Shown: piece by piece, positions 9,119 through 19,975 of the stretch | Layout of the letters: each line of letters starts with the position of its first letter | Numbering within the stretch: position 1 is the stretch's first letter | Sequence record: MZ375271.1 | From: Escherichia phage T7 | Reading direction: 5' to 3' (one strand) | Length of the DNA: 37,825 nucleotides | Program-made: the position numbers and the translations under genes | Notes under the pieces: generated by a model | Seen by the model: only the letters and a program-made list of their open reading frames with translations | Database searches by the model: none | Told to the model about the DNA's origin: nothing

Positions 9119-9538
9119 GTGGAACTGCGGGAGAAAATCCTTGAGCGAATCAAGGTGACTTCCTCTGGGTGTTGGGAGTGGCAGGGCGCTACGAACAATA
9201 AAGGGTACGGGCAGGTGTGGTGCAGCAATACCGGAAAGGTTGTCTACTGTCATCGCGTAATGTCTAATGCTCCGAAAGGTTCTACCGTCCTGCACTCCTG
9301 TGATAATCCATTATGTTGTAACCCTGAACACCGTTCCATAGGAACTCCAAAAGAGAACTCCACTGACATGGTAAATAAGGGTCGCTCACACAAGGGGTAT
9401 AAACTTTCAGACGAAGACGTAATGGCAATCATGGAGTCCAGCGAGTCCAATGTATCCTTAGCTCGCACCTATGGTGTCTCCCAACAGACTATTTGTGATA
9501 TACGCAAAGGGAGGCGACATGGCAGGTTACGGCGCTAA
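9119..9538 (+). CDS. 2.8: Gene 2.8 HNH endonuclease-like protein, 139 aa
   Basis: ORF-track 139 aa; motif HSCDNPLCCNPEHRSIGTPKENSTDMVNKGR; clear paralogy to gene 7.7 product. Confidence 0.8.
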   Translation: MELREKILERIKVTSSGCWEWQGATNNKGYGQVWCSNTGKVVYCHRVMSNAPKGSTVLHSCDNPLCCNPEHRSIGTPKENSTDMVNKGRSHKGYKLSDEDVMAIMESSESNVSLARTYGVSQQTICDIRKGRRHGRLRR

Positions 9539-9968
9539 AGGAATCCGAAAGGTTGGAGCGTTTCGCTCTGGCCTAGAGGACAAGGTTTCAAAGCAGTTGG
9601 AATCAAAAGGTATTAAATTCGAGTATGAAGAGTGGAAAGTGCCTTATGTAATTCCGGCGAGCAATCACACTTACACTCCAGACTTCTTACTTCCAAACGG
9701 TATATTCGTTGAGACAAAGGGTCTGTGGGAAAGCGATGATAGAAAGAAGCACTTATTAATTAGGGAGCAGCACCCCGAGCTAGACATCCGTATTGTCTTC
9801 TCAAGCTCACGTACTAAGTTATACAAAGGTTCTCCAACGTCTTATGGAGAGTTCTGCGAAAAGCATGGTATTAAGTTCGCTGATAAACTGATACCTGCTG
9901 AGTGGATAAAGGAACCCAAGAAGGAGGTCCCCTTTGATAGATTAAAAAGGAAAGGAGGAAAGAAATAA
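9519..9968 (+). CDS. 3: Endonuclease I (Holliday junction resolvase), 149 aa
   Basis: MAGYGAKGIRKVGAFRSGLEDKVSKQL...KRKGGKK; internal start within ORF-track 9471..9968, overlaps 2.8 3' end. Confidence 0.92.
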   Translation: MAGYGAKGIRKVGAFRSGLEDKVSKQLESKGIKFEYEEWKVPYVIPASNHTYTPDFLLPNGIFVETKGLWESDDRKKHLLIREQHPELDIRIVFSSSRTKLYKGSPTSYGEFCEKHGIKFADKLIPAEWIKEPKKEVPFDRLKRKGGKK

Positions 9969-10423
9969 TGGCTCGTGTACAGTTTAAACAACGTGAATCT
10001 ACTGACGCAATCTTTGTTCACTGCTCGGCTACCAAGCCAAGTCAGAATGTTGGTGTCCGTGAGATTCGCCAGTGGCACAAAGAGCAGGGTTGGCTCGATG
10101 TGGGATACCACTTTATCATCAAGCGAGACGGTACTGTGGAGGCAGGACGAGATGAGATGGCTGTAGGCTCTCACGCTAAGGGTTACAACCACAACTCTAT
10201 CGGCGTCTGCCTTGTTGGTGGTATCGACGATAAAGGTAAGTTCGACGCTAACTTTACGCCAGCCCAAATGCAATCCCTTCGCTCACTGCTTGTCACACTG
10301 CTGGCTAAGTACGAAGGCGCTGTGCTTCGCGCCCATCATGAGGTGGCGCCGAAGGCTTGCCCTTCGTTCGACCTTAAGCGTTGGTGGGAGAAGAACGAAC
10401 TGGTCACTTCTGACCGTGGATAA
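9968..10423 (+). CDS. 3.5: T7 lysozyme (N-acetylmuramoyl-L-alanine amidase, RNAP inhibitor), 151 aa
   Basis: ORF-track 151 aa MARVQFKQRESTDAIFVHCSATKPSQNVGVREIRQWHKEQGW... Confidence 0.95.
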   Translation: MARVQFKQRESTDAIFVHCSATKPSQNVGVREIRQWHKEQGWLDVGYHFIIKRDGTVEAGRDEMAVGSHAKGYNHNSIGVCLVGGIDDKGKFDANFTPAQMQSLRSLLVTLLAKYEGAVLRAHHEVAPKACPSFDLKRWWEKNELVTSDRG

Positions 10424-12293
<1,870 letters not shown>

Positions 12294-12296
<3 letters not shown>

Positions 12297-12316
12297 TACG
12301 ACTCACTAAAGGAGAC
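12294..12316 (+). promoter_or_regulatory. T7 RNAP promoter phi4.3
   Basis: taatacgactcactaaaggagac, +1 at 12311. Confidence 0.85.
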
Positions 12317-12355
12317 ACACCAAATTCTTTGAGTAATCAAACAGGAGAAACCATT

Positions 12356-12625
12356 ATGTCTAACGTAGCTGAAACTATCCGTCTATCCGATACAGCTGAC
12401 CAGTGGAACCGTCGAGTCCACATCAACGTTCGCAACGGTAAGGCGACTATGGTTTACCGCTGGAAGGACTCTAAGTCCTCTAAGAATCACACTCAGCGTA
12501 TGACGTTGACAGATGAGCAAGCACTGCGTCTGGTCAATGCGCTTACCAAAGCTGCCGTGACAGCAATTCATGAAGCTGGTCGCGTCAATGAAGCTATGGC
12601 TATCCTCGACAAGATTGATAACTAA
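12356..12625 (+). CDS. 4.5: Gene 4.5 protein, 89 aa
   Basis: MSNVAETIRLSDTADQWNRRVHINVRNGKATMVYRWKD...; RBS aggaga 7 nt upstream; in frame within ORF-track 12329..12625. Confidence 0.8.
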   Translation: MSNVAETIRLSDTADQWNRRVHINVRNGKATMVYRWKDSKSSKNHTQRMTLTDEQALRLVNALTKAAVTAIHEAGRVNEAMAILDKIDN

Positions 12626-12668
12626 GAGTGGTATCCTCAAGGTCGCCAAAGTGGTGGCCTTCATGAAT
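12626..12668 (+). promoter_or_regulatory. RNase III processing hairpin R4.7
   Basis: gagtggtatcctcaaggtcgccaaagtggtggccttcatga. Confidence 0.6.
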
Positions 12669-12669
12669 A

Positions 12670-12692
12670 CTATTCGACTCACTATAGGAGAT
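12670..12692 (+). promoter_or_regulatory. T7 RNAP promoter phi4.7
   Basis: ctattcgactcactataggagat, +1 at 12687. Confidence 0.8.
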
Positions 12693-12716
12693 ATTACCTC
12701 AATAGGAGAAATCAAT

Positions 12717-14831
12717 ATGATCGTTTCTGACATCGAAGCTAACGCCCTCTTAGAGAGCGTCACTAAGTTCCACTGCGGGGTTATCTACGACTACTCCACC
12801 GCTGAGTACGTAAGCTACCGTCCGAGTGACTTCGGTGCGTATCTGGATGCGCTGGAAGCCGAGGTTGCACGAGGCGGTCTTATTGTGTTCCACAACGGTC
12901 ACAAGTATGACGTTCCTGCATTGACCAAACTGGCAAAGTTGCAATTGAACCGAGAGTTCCACCTTCCTCGTGAGAACTGTATTGACACCCTTGTGTTGTC
13001 ACGTTTGATTCATTCCAACCTCAAGGACACCGATATGGGTCTTCTGCGTTCCGGCAAGTTGCCCGGAAAACGCTTTGGGTCTCACGCTTTGGAGGCGTGG
13101 GGTTATCGCTTAGGCGAGATGAAGGGTGAATACAAAGACGACTTTAAGCGTATGCTTGAAGAGCAGGGTGAAGAATACGTTGACGGAATGGAGTGGTGGA
13201 ACTTCAACGAAGAGATGATGGACTATAACGTTCAGGACGTTGTGGTAACTAAAGCTCTCCTTGAGAAGCTACTCTCTGACAAACATTACTTCCCTCCTGA
13301 GATTGACTTTACGGACGTAGGATACACTACGTTCTGGTCAGAATCCCTTGAGGCCGTTGACATTGAACATCGTGCTGCATGGCTGCTCGCTAAACAAGAG
13401 CGCAACGGGTTCCCGTTTGACACAAAAGCAATCGAAGAGTTGTACGTAGAGTTAGCTGCTCGCCGCTCTGAGTTGCTCCGTAAATTGACCGAAACGTTCG
13501 GCTCGTGGTATCAGCCTAAAGGTGGCACTGAGATGTTCTGCCATCCGCGAACAGGTAAGCCACTACCTAAATACCCTCGCATTAAGACACCTAAAGTTGG
13601 TGGTATCTTTAAGAAGCCTAAGAACAAGGCACAGCGAGAAGGCCGTGAGCCTTGCGAACTTGATACCCGCGAGTACGTTGCTGGTGCTCCTTACACCCCA
13701 GTTGAACATGTTGTGTTTAACCCTTCGTCTCGTGACCACATTCAGAAGAAACTCCAAGAGGCTGGGTGGGTCCCGACCAAGTACACCGATAAGGGTGCTC
13801 CTGTGGTGGACGATGAGGTACTCGAAGGAGTACGTGTAGATGACCCTGAGAAGCAAGCCGCTATCGACCTCATTAAAGAGTACTTGATGATTCAGAAGCG
13901 AATCGGACAGTCTGCTGAGGGAGACACAGCATGGCTTCGTTATGTTGCTGAGGATGGTAAGATTCATGGTTCTGTTAACCCTAATGGAGCAGTTACGGGT
14001 CGTGCGACCCATGCGTTCCCAAACCTTGCGCAAATTCCAGGTGTACGTTCTCCTTATGGAGAGCAGTGTCGCGCTGCTTTTGGCGCTGAGCACCATTTGG
14101 ATGGGATAACTGGTAAGCCTTGGGTTCAGGCTGGCATCGACGCATCCGGTCTTGAGCTACGCTGCTTGGCTCACTTCATGGCTCGCTTTGATAACGGCGA
14201 GTACGCTCACGAGATTCTTAACGGCGACATCCACACTAAGAACCAGATAGCTGCTGAACTACCTACCCGAGATAACGCTAAGACGTTCATCTATGGGTTC
14301 CTCTATGGTGCTGGTGATGAGAAGATTGGACAGATTGTTGGTGCTGGTAAAGAGCGCGGTAAGGAACTCAAGAAGAAATTCCTTGAGAACACCCCCGCGA
14401 TTGCAGCACTCCGCGAGTCTATCCAACAGACACTTGTCGAGTCCTCTCAATGGGTAGCTGGTGAGCAACAAGTCAAGTGGAAACGCCGCTGGATTAAAGG
14501 TCTGGATGGTCGTAAGGTACACGTTCGTAGTCCTCACGCTGCCTTGAATACCCTACTGCAATCTGCTGGTGCTCTCATCTGCAAACTGTGGATTATCAAG
14601 ACCGAAGAGATGCTCGTAGAGAAAGGCTTGAAGCATGGCTGGGATGGGGACTTTGCGTACATGGCATGGGTACATGATGAAATCCAAGTAGGCTGCCGTA
14701 CCGAAGAGATTGCTCAGGTGGTCATTGAGACCGCACAAGAAGCGATGCGCTGGGTTGGAGACCACTGGAACTTCCGGTGTCTTCTGGATACCGAAGGTAA
14801 GATGGGTCCTAATTGGGCGATTTGCCACTGA
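12717..14831 (+). CDS. 5: T7 DNA polymerase (family A, 3'-5' exonuclease proofreading), 704 aa
   Basis: [28 protein letters not shown]...; internal start of ORF-track 12570..14831 with RBS aggagaaa. Confidence 0.97.
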   Translation: MIVSDIEANALLESVTKFHCGVIYDYSTAEYVSYRPSDFGAYLDALEAEVARGGLIVFHNGHKYDVPALTKLAKLQLNREFHLPRENCIDTLVLSRLIHSNLKDTDMGLLRSGKLPGKRFGSHALEAWGYRLGEMKGEYKDDFKRMLEEQGEEYVDGMEWWNFNEEMMDYNVQDVVVTKALLEKLLSDKHYFPPEIDFTDVGYTTFWSESLEAVDIEHRAAWLLAKQERNGFPFDTKAIEELYVELAARRSELLRKLTETFGSWYQPKGGTEMFCHPRTGKPLPKYPRIKTPKVGGIFKKPKNKAQREGREPCELDTREYVAGAPYTPVEHVVFNPSSRDHIQKKLQEAGWVPTKYTDKGAPVVDDEVLEGVRVDDPEKQAAIDLIKEYLMIQKRIGQSAEGDTAWLRYVAEDGKIHGSVNPNGAVTGRATHAFPNLAQIPGVRSPYGEQCRAAFGAEHHLDGITGKPWVQAGIDASGLELRCLAHFMARFDNGEYAHEILNGDIHTKNQIAAELPTRDNAKTFIYGFLYGAGDEKIGQIVGAGKERGKELKKKFLENTPAIAALRESIQQTLVESSQWVAGEQQVKWKRRWIKGLDGRKVHVRSPHAALNTLLQSAGALICKLWIIKTEEMLVEKGLKHGWDGDFAYMAWVHDEIQVGCRTEEIAQVVIETAQEAMRWVGDHWNFRCLLDTEGKMGPNWAICH

Positions 14832-14876
14832 TACAGGAGGCTACTCCAAAGGCATAAAACTATAGGAGAAATTATT

Positions 14877-15176
14877 ATGGCTATGACAAAGAAATTTAAA
14901 GTGTCCTTCGACGTTACCGCAAAGATGTCGTCTGACGTTCAGGCAATCTTAGAGAAAGATATGCTGCATCTATGTAAGCAGGTCGGCTCAGGTGCGATTG
15001 TCCCCAATGGTAAACAGAAGGAAATGATTGTCCAGTTCCTGACACACGGTATGGAAGGATTGATGACATTCGTAGTACGTACATCATTTCGTGAGGCCAT
15101 TAAGGACATGCACGAAGAGTATGCAGATAAGGACTCTTTCAAACAATCTCCTGCAACAGTACGGGAGGTGTTCTGA
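14877..15176 (+). CDS. 5.5: Gp5.5 (H-NS-binding protein), 99 aa
   Basis: ORF-track 99 aa MAMTKKFKVSFDVTAKMSSDVQAILEKD... Confidence 0.85.
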   Translation: MAMTKKFKVSFDVTAKMSSDVQAILEKDMLHLCKQVGSGAIVPNGKQKEMIVQFLTHGMEGLMTFVVRTSFREAIKDMHEEYADKDSFKQSPATVREVF

Positions 15177-15385
15177 TGTCTGACTACCTGAAAGTGCTGC
15201 AAGCAATCAAAAGTTGCCCTAAGACTTTCCAGTCCAACTATGTACGGAACAATGCGAGCCTCGTAGCGGAGGCCGCTTCCCGTGGTCACATCTCGTGCCT
15301 GACTACTAGTGGACGTAACGGTGGCGCTTGGGAAATCACTGCTTCCGGTACTCGCTTTCTGAAACGAATGGGAGGATGTGTCTAA
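15176..15385 (+). CDS. 5.7: Gp5.7, 69 aa
   Basis: ORF-track 69 aa MSDYLKVLQAIKSCPKTFQSNYVRNN...; start overlaps 5.5 stop. Confidence 0.75.
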   Translation: MSDYLKVLQAIKSCPKTFQSNYVRNNASLVAEAASRGHISCLTTSGRNGGAWEITASGTRFLKRMGGCV

Positions 15386-15543
15386 TGTCTCGTGACCTTG
15401 TGACTATTCCACGCGATGTGTGGAACGATATACAGGGCTACATCGACTCTCTGGAACGTGAGAACGATAGCCTTAAGAATCAACTAATGGAAGCTGACGA
15501 ATACGTAGCGGAACTAGAGGAGAAACTTAATGGCACTTCTTGA
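15385..15543 (+). CDS. 5.9: Gp5.9 (RecBCD inhibitor), 52 aa
   Basis: ATG 15385; MSRDLVTIPRDVWNDIQGYIDSLERENDSLKNQLMEADEYVAELEEKLNGTS. Confidence 0.7.
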   Translation: MSRDLVTIPRDVWNDIQGYIDSLERENDSLKNQLMEADEYVAELEEKLNGTS

Positions 15544-16432
15544 CCTTAAACAATTCTATGAGTTACGTGAAGGCTGCGACGACAAGGGTATCCTTGTGAT
15601 GGACGGCGACTGGCTGGTCTTCCAAGCTATGAGTGCTGCTGAGTTTGATGCCTCTTGGGAGGAAGAGATTTGGCACCGATGCTGTGACCACGCTAAGGCC
15701 CGTCAGATTCTTGAGGATTCCATTAAGTCCTACGAGACCCGTAAGAAGGCTTGGGCAGGTGCTCCAATTGTCCTTGCGTTCACCGATAGTGTTAACTGGC
15801 GTAAAGAACTGGTTGACCCGAACTATAAGGCTAACCGTAAGGCCGTGAAGAAACCTGTAGGGTACTTTGAGTTCCTTGATGCTCTCTTTGAGCGCGAAGA
15901 GTTCTATTGCATCCGTGAGCCTATGCTTGAGGGTGATGACGTTATGGGAGTTATTGCTTCCAATCCGTCTGCCTTCGGTGCTCGTAAGGCTGTAATCATC
16001 TCTTGCGATAAGGACTTTAAGACCATCCCTAACTGTGACTTCCTGTGGTGTACCACTGGTAACATCCTGACTCAGACCGAAGAGTCCGCTGACTGGTGGC
16101 ACCTCTTCCAGACCATCAAGGGTGACATCACTGATGGTTACTCAGGGATTGCTGGATGGGGTGATACCGCCGAGGACTTCTTGAATAACCCGTTCATAAC
16201 CGAGCCTAAAACGTCTGTGCTTAAGTCCGGTAAGAACAAAGGCCAAGAGGTTACTAAATGGGTTAAACGCGACCCTGAGCCTCATGAGACGCTTTGGGAC
16301 TGCATTAAGTCCATTGGCGCGAAGGCTGGTATGACCGAAGAGGATATTATCAAGCAGGGCCAAATGGCTCGAATCCTACGGTTCAACGAGTACAACTTTA
16401 TTGACAAGGAGATTTACCTGTGGAGACCGTAG
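15530..16432 (+). CDS. 6: 5'-3' exonuclease gp6, 300 aa
   Basis: ORF-track 300 aa MALLDLKQFYELREGCDDKGILVMDGDWLVFQAM... Confidence 0.95.
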   Translation: MALLDLKQFYELREGCDDKGILVMDGDWLVFQAMSAAEFDASWEEEIWHRCCDHAKARQILEDSIKSYETRKKAWAGAPIVLAFTDSVNWRKELVDPNYKANRKAVKKPVGYFEFLDALFEREEFYCIREPMLEGDDVMGVIASNPSAFGARKAVIISCDKDFKTIPNCDFLWCTTGNILTQTEESADWWHLFQTIKGDITDGYSGIAGWGDTAEDFLNNPFITEPKTSVLKSGKNKGQEVTKWVKRDPEPHETLWDCIKSIGAKAGMTEEDIIKQGQMARILRFNEYNFIDKEIYLWRP

Positions 16433-16533
16433 CGTATATTGGTCTGGGTCTTTGTGTTCTCGGAGTGTGCCTCATTTCGTGGGGCCTTTGGGACTTAGCC
16501 AGAATAATCAAGTCGTTACACGACACTAAGTGA
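16420..16533 (+). CDS. 6.3: Gp6.3 small hydrophobic protein, 37 aa, GTG start
   Basis: gtg 16420; VETVAYIGLGLCVLGVCLISWGLWDLARIIKSLHDTK; matches annotated T7 gene position and length. Confidence 0.5.
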   Translation: METVAYIGLGLCVLGVCLISWGLWDLARIIKSLHDTK

Positions 16534-16535
16534 TA

Positions 16536-16605
16536 AACTCAAGGTCCCTAAATTAATACGACTCACTATAGGGAGATAGGGGCCTTTACGATTATTACTT
16601 TAAGA
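16536..16605 (+). promoter_or_regulatory. RNase III processing hairpin R6.5 enclosing the phi6.5 promoter
   Basis: aactcaaggtccc...ggggcctttacgattattac flanking the promoter. Confidence 0.55.
16554..16576 (+). promoter_or_regulatory. T7 RNAP class III promoter phi6.5
   Basis: taatacgactcactatagggaga exact consensus, +1 at 16571. Confidence 0.9.
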
Positions 16606-16630
16606 TTTAACTCTAAGAGGAATCTTTATT

Positions 16631-16885
16631 ATGTTAACACCTATTAACCAATTACTTAAGAACCCTAACGATATTCCAGATGTACCTCGTGCAACCGCTG
16701 AGTATCTACAGGTTCGATTCAACTATGCGTACCTCGAAGCGTCTGGTCATATAGGACTTATGCGTGCTAATGGTTGTAGTGAGGCCCACATCTTGGGTTT
16801 CATTCAGGGCCTACAGTATGCCTCTAACGTCATTGACGAGATTGAGTTACGCAAGGAACAACTAAGAGATGATGGGGAGGATTGA
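16631..16885 (+). CDS. 6.5: Gp6.5, 84 aa
   Basis: ORF-track 84 aa [27 protein letters not shown]... Confidence 0.8.
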
Positions 16886-16889
16886 CACT

Positions 16890-17156
16890 ATGTGTTTCTC
16901 ACCGAAAATTAAAACTCCGAAGATGGATACCAATCAGATTCGAGCCGTTGAGCCAGCGCCTCTGACCCAAGAAGTGTCAAGCGTGGAGTTCGGTGGGTCT
17001 TCTGATGAGACGGATACCGAGGGCACCGAAGTGTCTGGACGCAAAGGCCTCAAGGTCGAACGTGATGATTCCGTAGCGAAGTCTAAAGCCAGCGGCAATG
17101 GCTCCGCTCGTATGAAATCTTCCATCCGTAAGTCCGCATTTGGAGGTAAGAAGTGA
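16890..17156 (+). CDS. 6.7: Gp6.7 virion (ejected head) protein, 88 aa
   Basis: MCFSPKIKTPKMDTNQIRAVEPAPLTQ...; internal start within ORF-track 16869..17156. Confidence 0.8.
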   Translation: MCFSPKIKTPKMDTNQIRAVEPAPLTQEVSSVEFGGSSDETDTEGTEVSGRKGLKVERDDSVAKSKASGNGSARMKSSIRKSAFGGKK

Positions 17157-17557
17157 TGTCTGAGTTCACATGTGTGGAGGCTAAGAGTCGCTTCCGTGCA
17201 ATCCGGTGGACTGTGGAACACCTTGGGTTGCCTAAAGGATTCGAAGGACACTTTGTGGGCTACAGCCTCTACGTAGACGAAGTGATGGACATGTCTGGTT
17301 GCCGTGAAGAGTACATTCTGGACTCTACCGGAAAACATGTAGCGTACTTCGCGTGGTGCGTAAGCTGTGACATTCACCACAAAGGAGACATTCTGGATGT
17401 AACGTCCGTTGTCATTAATCCTGAGGCAGACTCTAAGGGCTTACAGCGATTCCTAGCGAAACGCTTTAAGTACCTTGCGGAACTCCACGATTGCGATTGG
17501 GTGTCTCGTTGTAAGCATGAAGGCGAGACAATGCGTGTATACTTTAAGGAGGTATAA
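17156..17557 (+). CDS. 7: Gp7 virion/host-range protein, 133 aa
   Basis: MSEFTCVEAKSRFRAIRWTVEHLGLPKG...; second ATG of ORF-track 17153..17557. Confidence 0.8.
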   Translation: MSEFTCVEAKSRFRAIRWTVEHLGLPKGFEGHFVGYSLYVDEVMDMSGCREEYILDSTGKHVAYFAWCVSCDIHHKGDILDVTSVVINPEADSKGLQRFLAKRFKYLAELHDCDWVSRCKHEGETMRVYFKEV

Positions 17558-17560
17558 GTT

Positions 17561-17860
17561 ATGGGTAAGAAAGTTAAGAAGGCCGTGAAGAAAGTCCTCA
17601 AGTCCGTTAAGAAAGTCGTTAAGGAAGGGGCTAGTCCGGTTAAACAGGTTGCTGGCGGTCTAGCTGGTCTGGCTGGTGGTACTGGTGAAGCACAGATGGT
17701 GGAAGTACCACAAGCTGCCGCACAGATTGTTGACGTACCTGAGAAAGAGGTTTCCACTGAGGACGAAGCACAGACAGAAAGCGGACGCAAGAAAGCTCGT
17801 GCTGGCGGTAAGAAATCCTTGAGTGTAGCCCGTAGCTCCGGTGGCGGTATCAACATTTAA
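17561..17860 (+). CDS. 7.3: Gp7.3 tail/adsorption protein, 99 aa, Lys-rich N-terminus
   Basis: ORF-track 99 aa MGKKVKKAVKKVLKSVKKVVKEGASPVKQ... Confidence 0.85.
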   Translation: MGKKVKKAVKKVLKSVKKVVKEGASPVKQVAGGLAGLAGGTGEAQMVEVPQAAAQIVDVPEKEVSTEDEAQTESGRKKARAGGKKSLSVARSSGGGINI

Positions 17861-17873
17861 TCAGGAGGTTATC

Positions 17874-18266
17874 GTGGAAGACTGCATTGAATGGACCGGA
17901 GGTGTCAACTCTAAGGGTTATGGTCGTAAGTGGGTTAATGGTAAACTTGTGACTCCACATAGGCACATCTATGAGGAGACATATGGTCCAGTTCCAACAG
18001 GAATTGTGGTGATGCATATCTGCGATAACCCTAGGTGCTATAACATAAAGCACCTTACGCTTGGAACTCCAAAGGATAATTCCGAGGACATGGTTACCAA
18101 AGGTAGACAGGCTAAAGGAGAGGAACTAAGCAAGAAACTTACAGAGTCAGACGTTCTCGCTATACGCTCTTCAACCTTAAGCCACCGCTCCTTAGGAGAA
18201 CTGTATGGAGTCAGTCAATCAACCATAACGCGAATACTACAGCGTAAGACATGGAGACACATTTAA
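17874..18266 (+). CDS. 7.7: Gp7.7 HNH endonuclease-like protein, 130 aa, GTG start
   Basis: EDCIEWTGGVNSKGYGRKW...HICDNPRCYNIKHLTLGTPKDNSEDMVTKGR; in frame within ORF-track 17841..18266; paralogue of 2.8. Confidence 0.8.
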   Translation: MEDCIEWTGGVNSKGYGRKWVNGKLVTPHRHIYEETYGPVPTGIVVMHICDNPRCYNIKHLTLGTPKDNSEDMVTKGRQAKGEELSKKLTESDVLAIRSSTLSHRSLGELYGVSQSTITRILQRKTWRHI

Positions 18267-19876
18267 TGGCTGAGAAACGAACAGGACTTGCGGAGGATGG
18301 CGCAAAGTCTGTCTATGAGCGTTTAAAGAACGACCGTGCTCCCTATGAGACACGCGCTCAGAATTGCGCTCAATATACCATCCCATCATTGTTCCCTAAG
18401 GACTCCGATAACGCCTCTACAGATTATCAAACTCCGTGGCAAGCCGTGGGCGCTCGTGGTCTGAACAATCTAGCCTCTAAGCTCATGCTGGCTCTATTCC
18501 CTATGCAGACTTGGATGCGACTTACTATATCTGAATATGAAGCAAAGCAGTTACTGAGCGACCCCGATGGACTCGCTAAGGTCGATGAGGGCCTCTCGAT
18601 GGTAGAGCGTATCATCATGAACTACATTGAGTCTAACAGTTACCGCGTGACTCTCTTTGAGGCTCTCAAACAGTTAGTCGTAGCTGGTAACGTCCTGCTG
18701 TACCTACCGGAACCGGAAGGGTCAAACTATAATCCCATGAAGCTGTACCGATTGTCTTCTTATGTGGTCCAACGAGACGCATTCGGCAACGTTCTGCAAA
18801 TGGTGACTCGTGACCAGATAGCTTTTGGTGCTCTCCCTGAGGACATCCGTAAGGCTGTAGAAGGTCAAGGTGGTGAGAAGAAAGCTGATGAGACAATCGA
18901 CGTGTACACTCACATCTATCTGGATGAGGACTCAGGTGAATACCTCCGATACGAAGAGGTCGAGGGTATGGAAGTCCAAGGCTCCGATGGGACTTATCCT
19001 AAAGAGGCTTGCCCATACATCCCGATTCGGATGGTCAGACTAGATGGTGAATCCTACGGTCGTTCGTACATTGAGGAATACTTAGGTGACTTACGGTCCC
19101 TTGAAAATCTCCAAGAGGCTATCGTCAAGATGTCCATGATTAGCTCTAAGGTTATCGGCTTAGTGAATCCTGCTGGTATCACCCAGCCACGCCGACTGAC
19201 CAAAGCTCAGACTGGTGACTTCGTTACTGGTCGTCCAGAAGACATCTCGTTCCTCCAACTGGAGAAGCAAGCAGACTTTACTGTAGCTAAAGCCGTAAGT
19301 GACGCTATCGAGGCTCGCCTTTCGTTTGCCTTTATGTTGAACTCTGCGGTTCAGCGTACAGGTGAACGTGTGACCGCCGAAGAGATTCGGTATGTAGCTT
19401 CTGAACTTGAAGATACTTTAGGTGGTGTCTACTCTATCCTTTCTCAAGAATTACAATTGCCTCTGGTACGAGTGCTCTTGAAGCAACTACAAGCCACGCA
19501 ACAGATTCCTGAGTTACCTAAGGAAGCCGTAGAGCCAACCATTAGTACAGGTCTGGAAGCAATTGGTCGAGGACAAGACCTTGATAAGCTGGAGCGGTGT
19601 GTCACTGCGTGGGCTGCACTGGCACCTATGCGGGACGACCCTGATATTAACCTTGCGATGATTAAGTTACGTATTGCCAACGCTATCGGTATTGACACTT
19701 CTGGTATTCTACTCACCGAAGAACAGAAGCAACAGAAGATGGCCCAACAGTCTATGCAAATGGGTATGGATAATGGTGCTGCTGCGCTGGCTCAAGGTAT
19801 GGCTGCACAAGCTACAGCTTCACCTGAGGCTATGGCTGCTGCCGCTGATTCCGTAGGTTTACAGCCGGGAATTTAA
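18266..19876 (+). CDS. 8: Portal (head-tail connector) protein gp8, 536 aa
   Basis: MAEKRTGLAEDGAKSVYERLKNDRAPYETRAQN...; in frame within ORF-track 18251..19876. Confidence 0.95.
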   Translation: MAEKRTGLAEDGAKSVYERLKNDRAPYETRAQNCAQYTIPSLFPKDSDNASTDYQTPWQAVGARGLNNLASKLMLALFPMQTWMRLTISEYEAKQLLSDPDGLAKVDEGLSMVERIIMNYIESNSYRVTLFEALKQLVVAGNVLLYLPEPEGSNYNPMKLYRLSSYVVQRDAFGNVLQMVTRDQIAFGALPEDIRKAVEGQGGEKKADETIDVYTHIYLDEDSGEYLRYEEVEGMEVQGSDGTYPKEACPYIPIRMVRLDGESYGRSYIEEYLGDLRSLENLQEAIVKMSMISSKVIGLVNPAGITQPRRLTKAQTGDFVTGRPEDISFLQLEKQADFTVAKAVSDAIEARLSFAFMLNSAVQRTGERVTAEEIRYVASELEDTLGGVYSILSQELQLPLVRVLLKQLQATQQIPELPKEAVEPTISTGLEAIGRGQDLDKLERCVTAWAALAPMRDDPDINLAMIKLRIANAIGIDTSGILLTEEQKQQKMAQQSMQMGMDNGAAALAQGMAAQATASPEAMAAAADSVGLQPGI

Positions 19877-19896
19877 TACGACTCACTATAGGGAGA
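19874..19896 (+). promoter_or_regulatory. T7 RNAP class III promoter phi9
   Basis: taatacgactcactatagggaga exact consensus, +1 at 19891. Confidence 0.9.
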
Positions 19897-19975
19897 CCTC
19901 ATCTTTGAAATGAGCGATGACAAGAGGTTGGAGTCCTCGGTCTTCCTGTAGTTCAACTTTAAGGAGACAATAATA

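Noticed and set aside
9119-9538. HNH endonuclease ORF between SSB and endonuclease I as a possible foreign homing-endonuclease insertion
   Set aside because: Position, length (139 aa) and overlap with gene 3 correspond to canonical T7 gene 2.8; not an insertion.
14855-14876. Promoter-like aaactataggagaaatt upstream of gene 5.5
   Set aside because: Matches only -6..+5 of the phage promoter and lacks the -17..-7 recognition region (no taatacgactc); more likely the native RBS context than a functional promoter.
17561-17860. Lys-rich ORF MGKKVKKAVKKVLKSVKKVVK as a possible histone-like or antimicrobial peptide gene
   Set aside because: Recognisable as T7 tail protein gp7.3 in its canonical position between genes 7 and 7.7.
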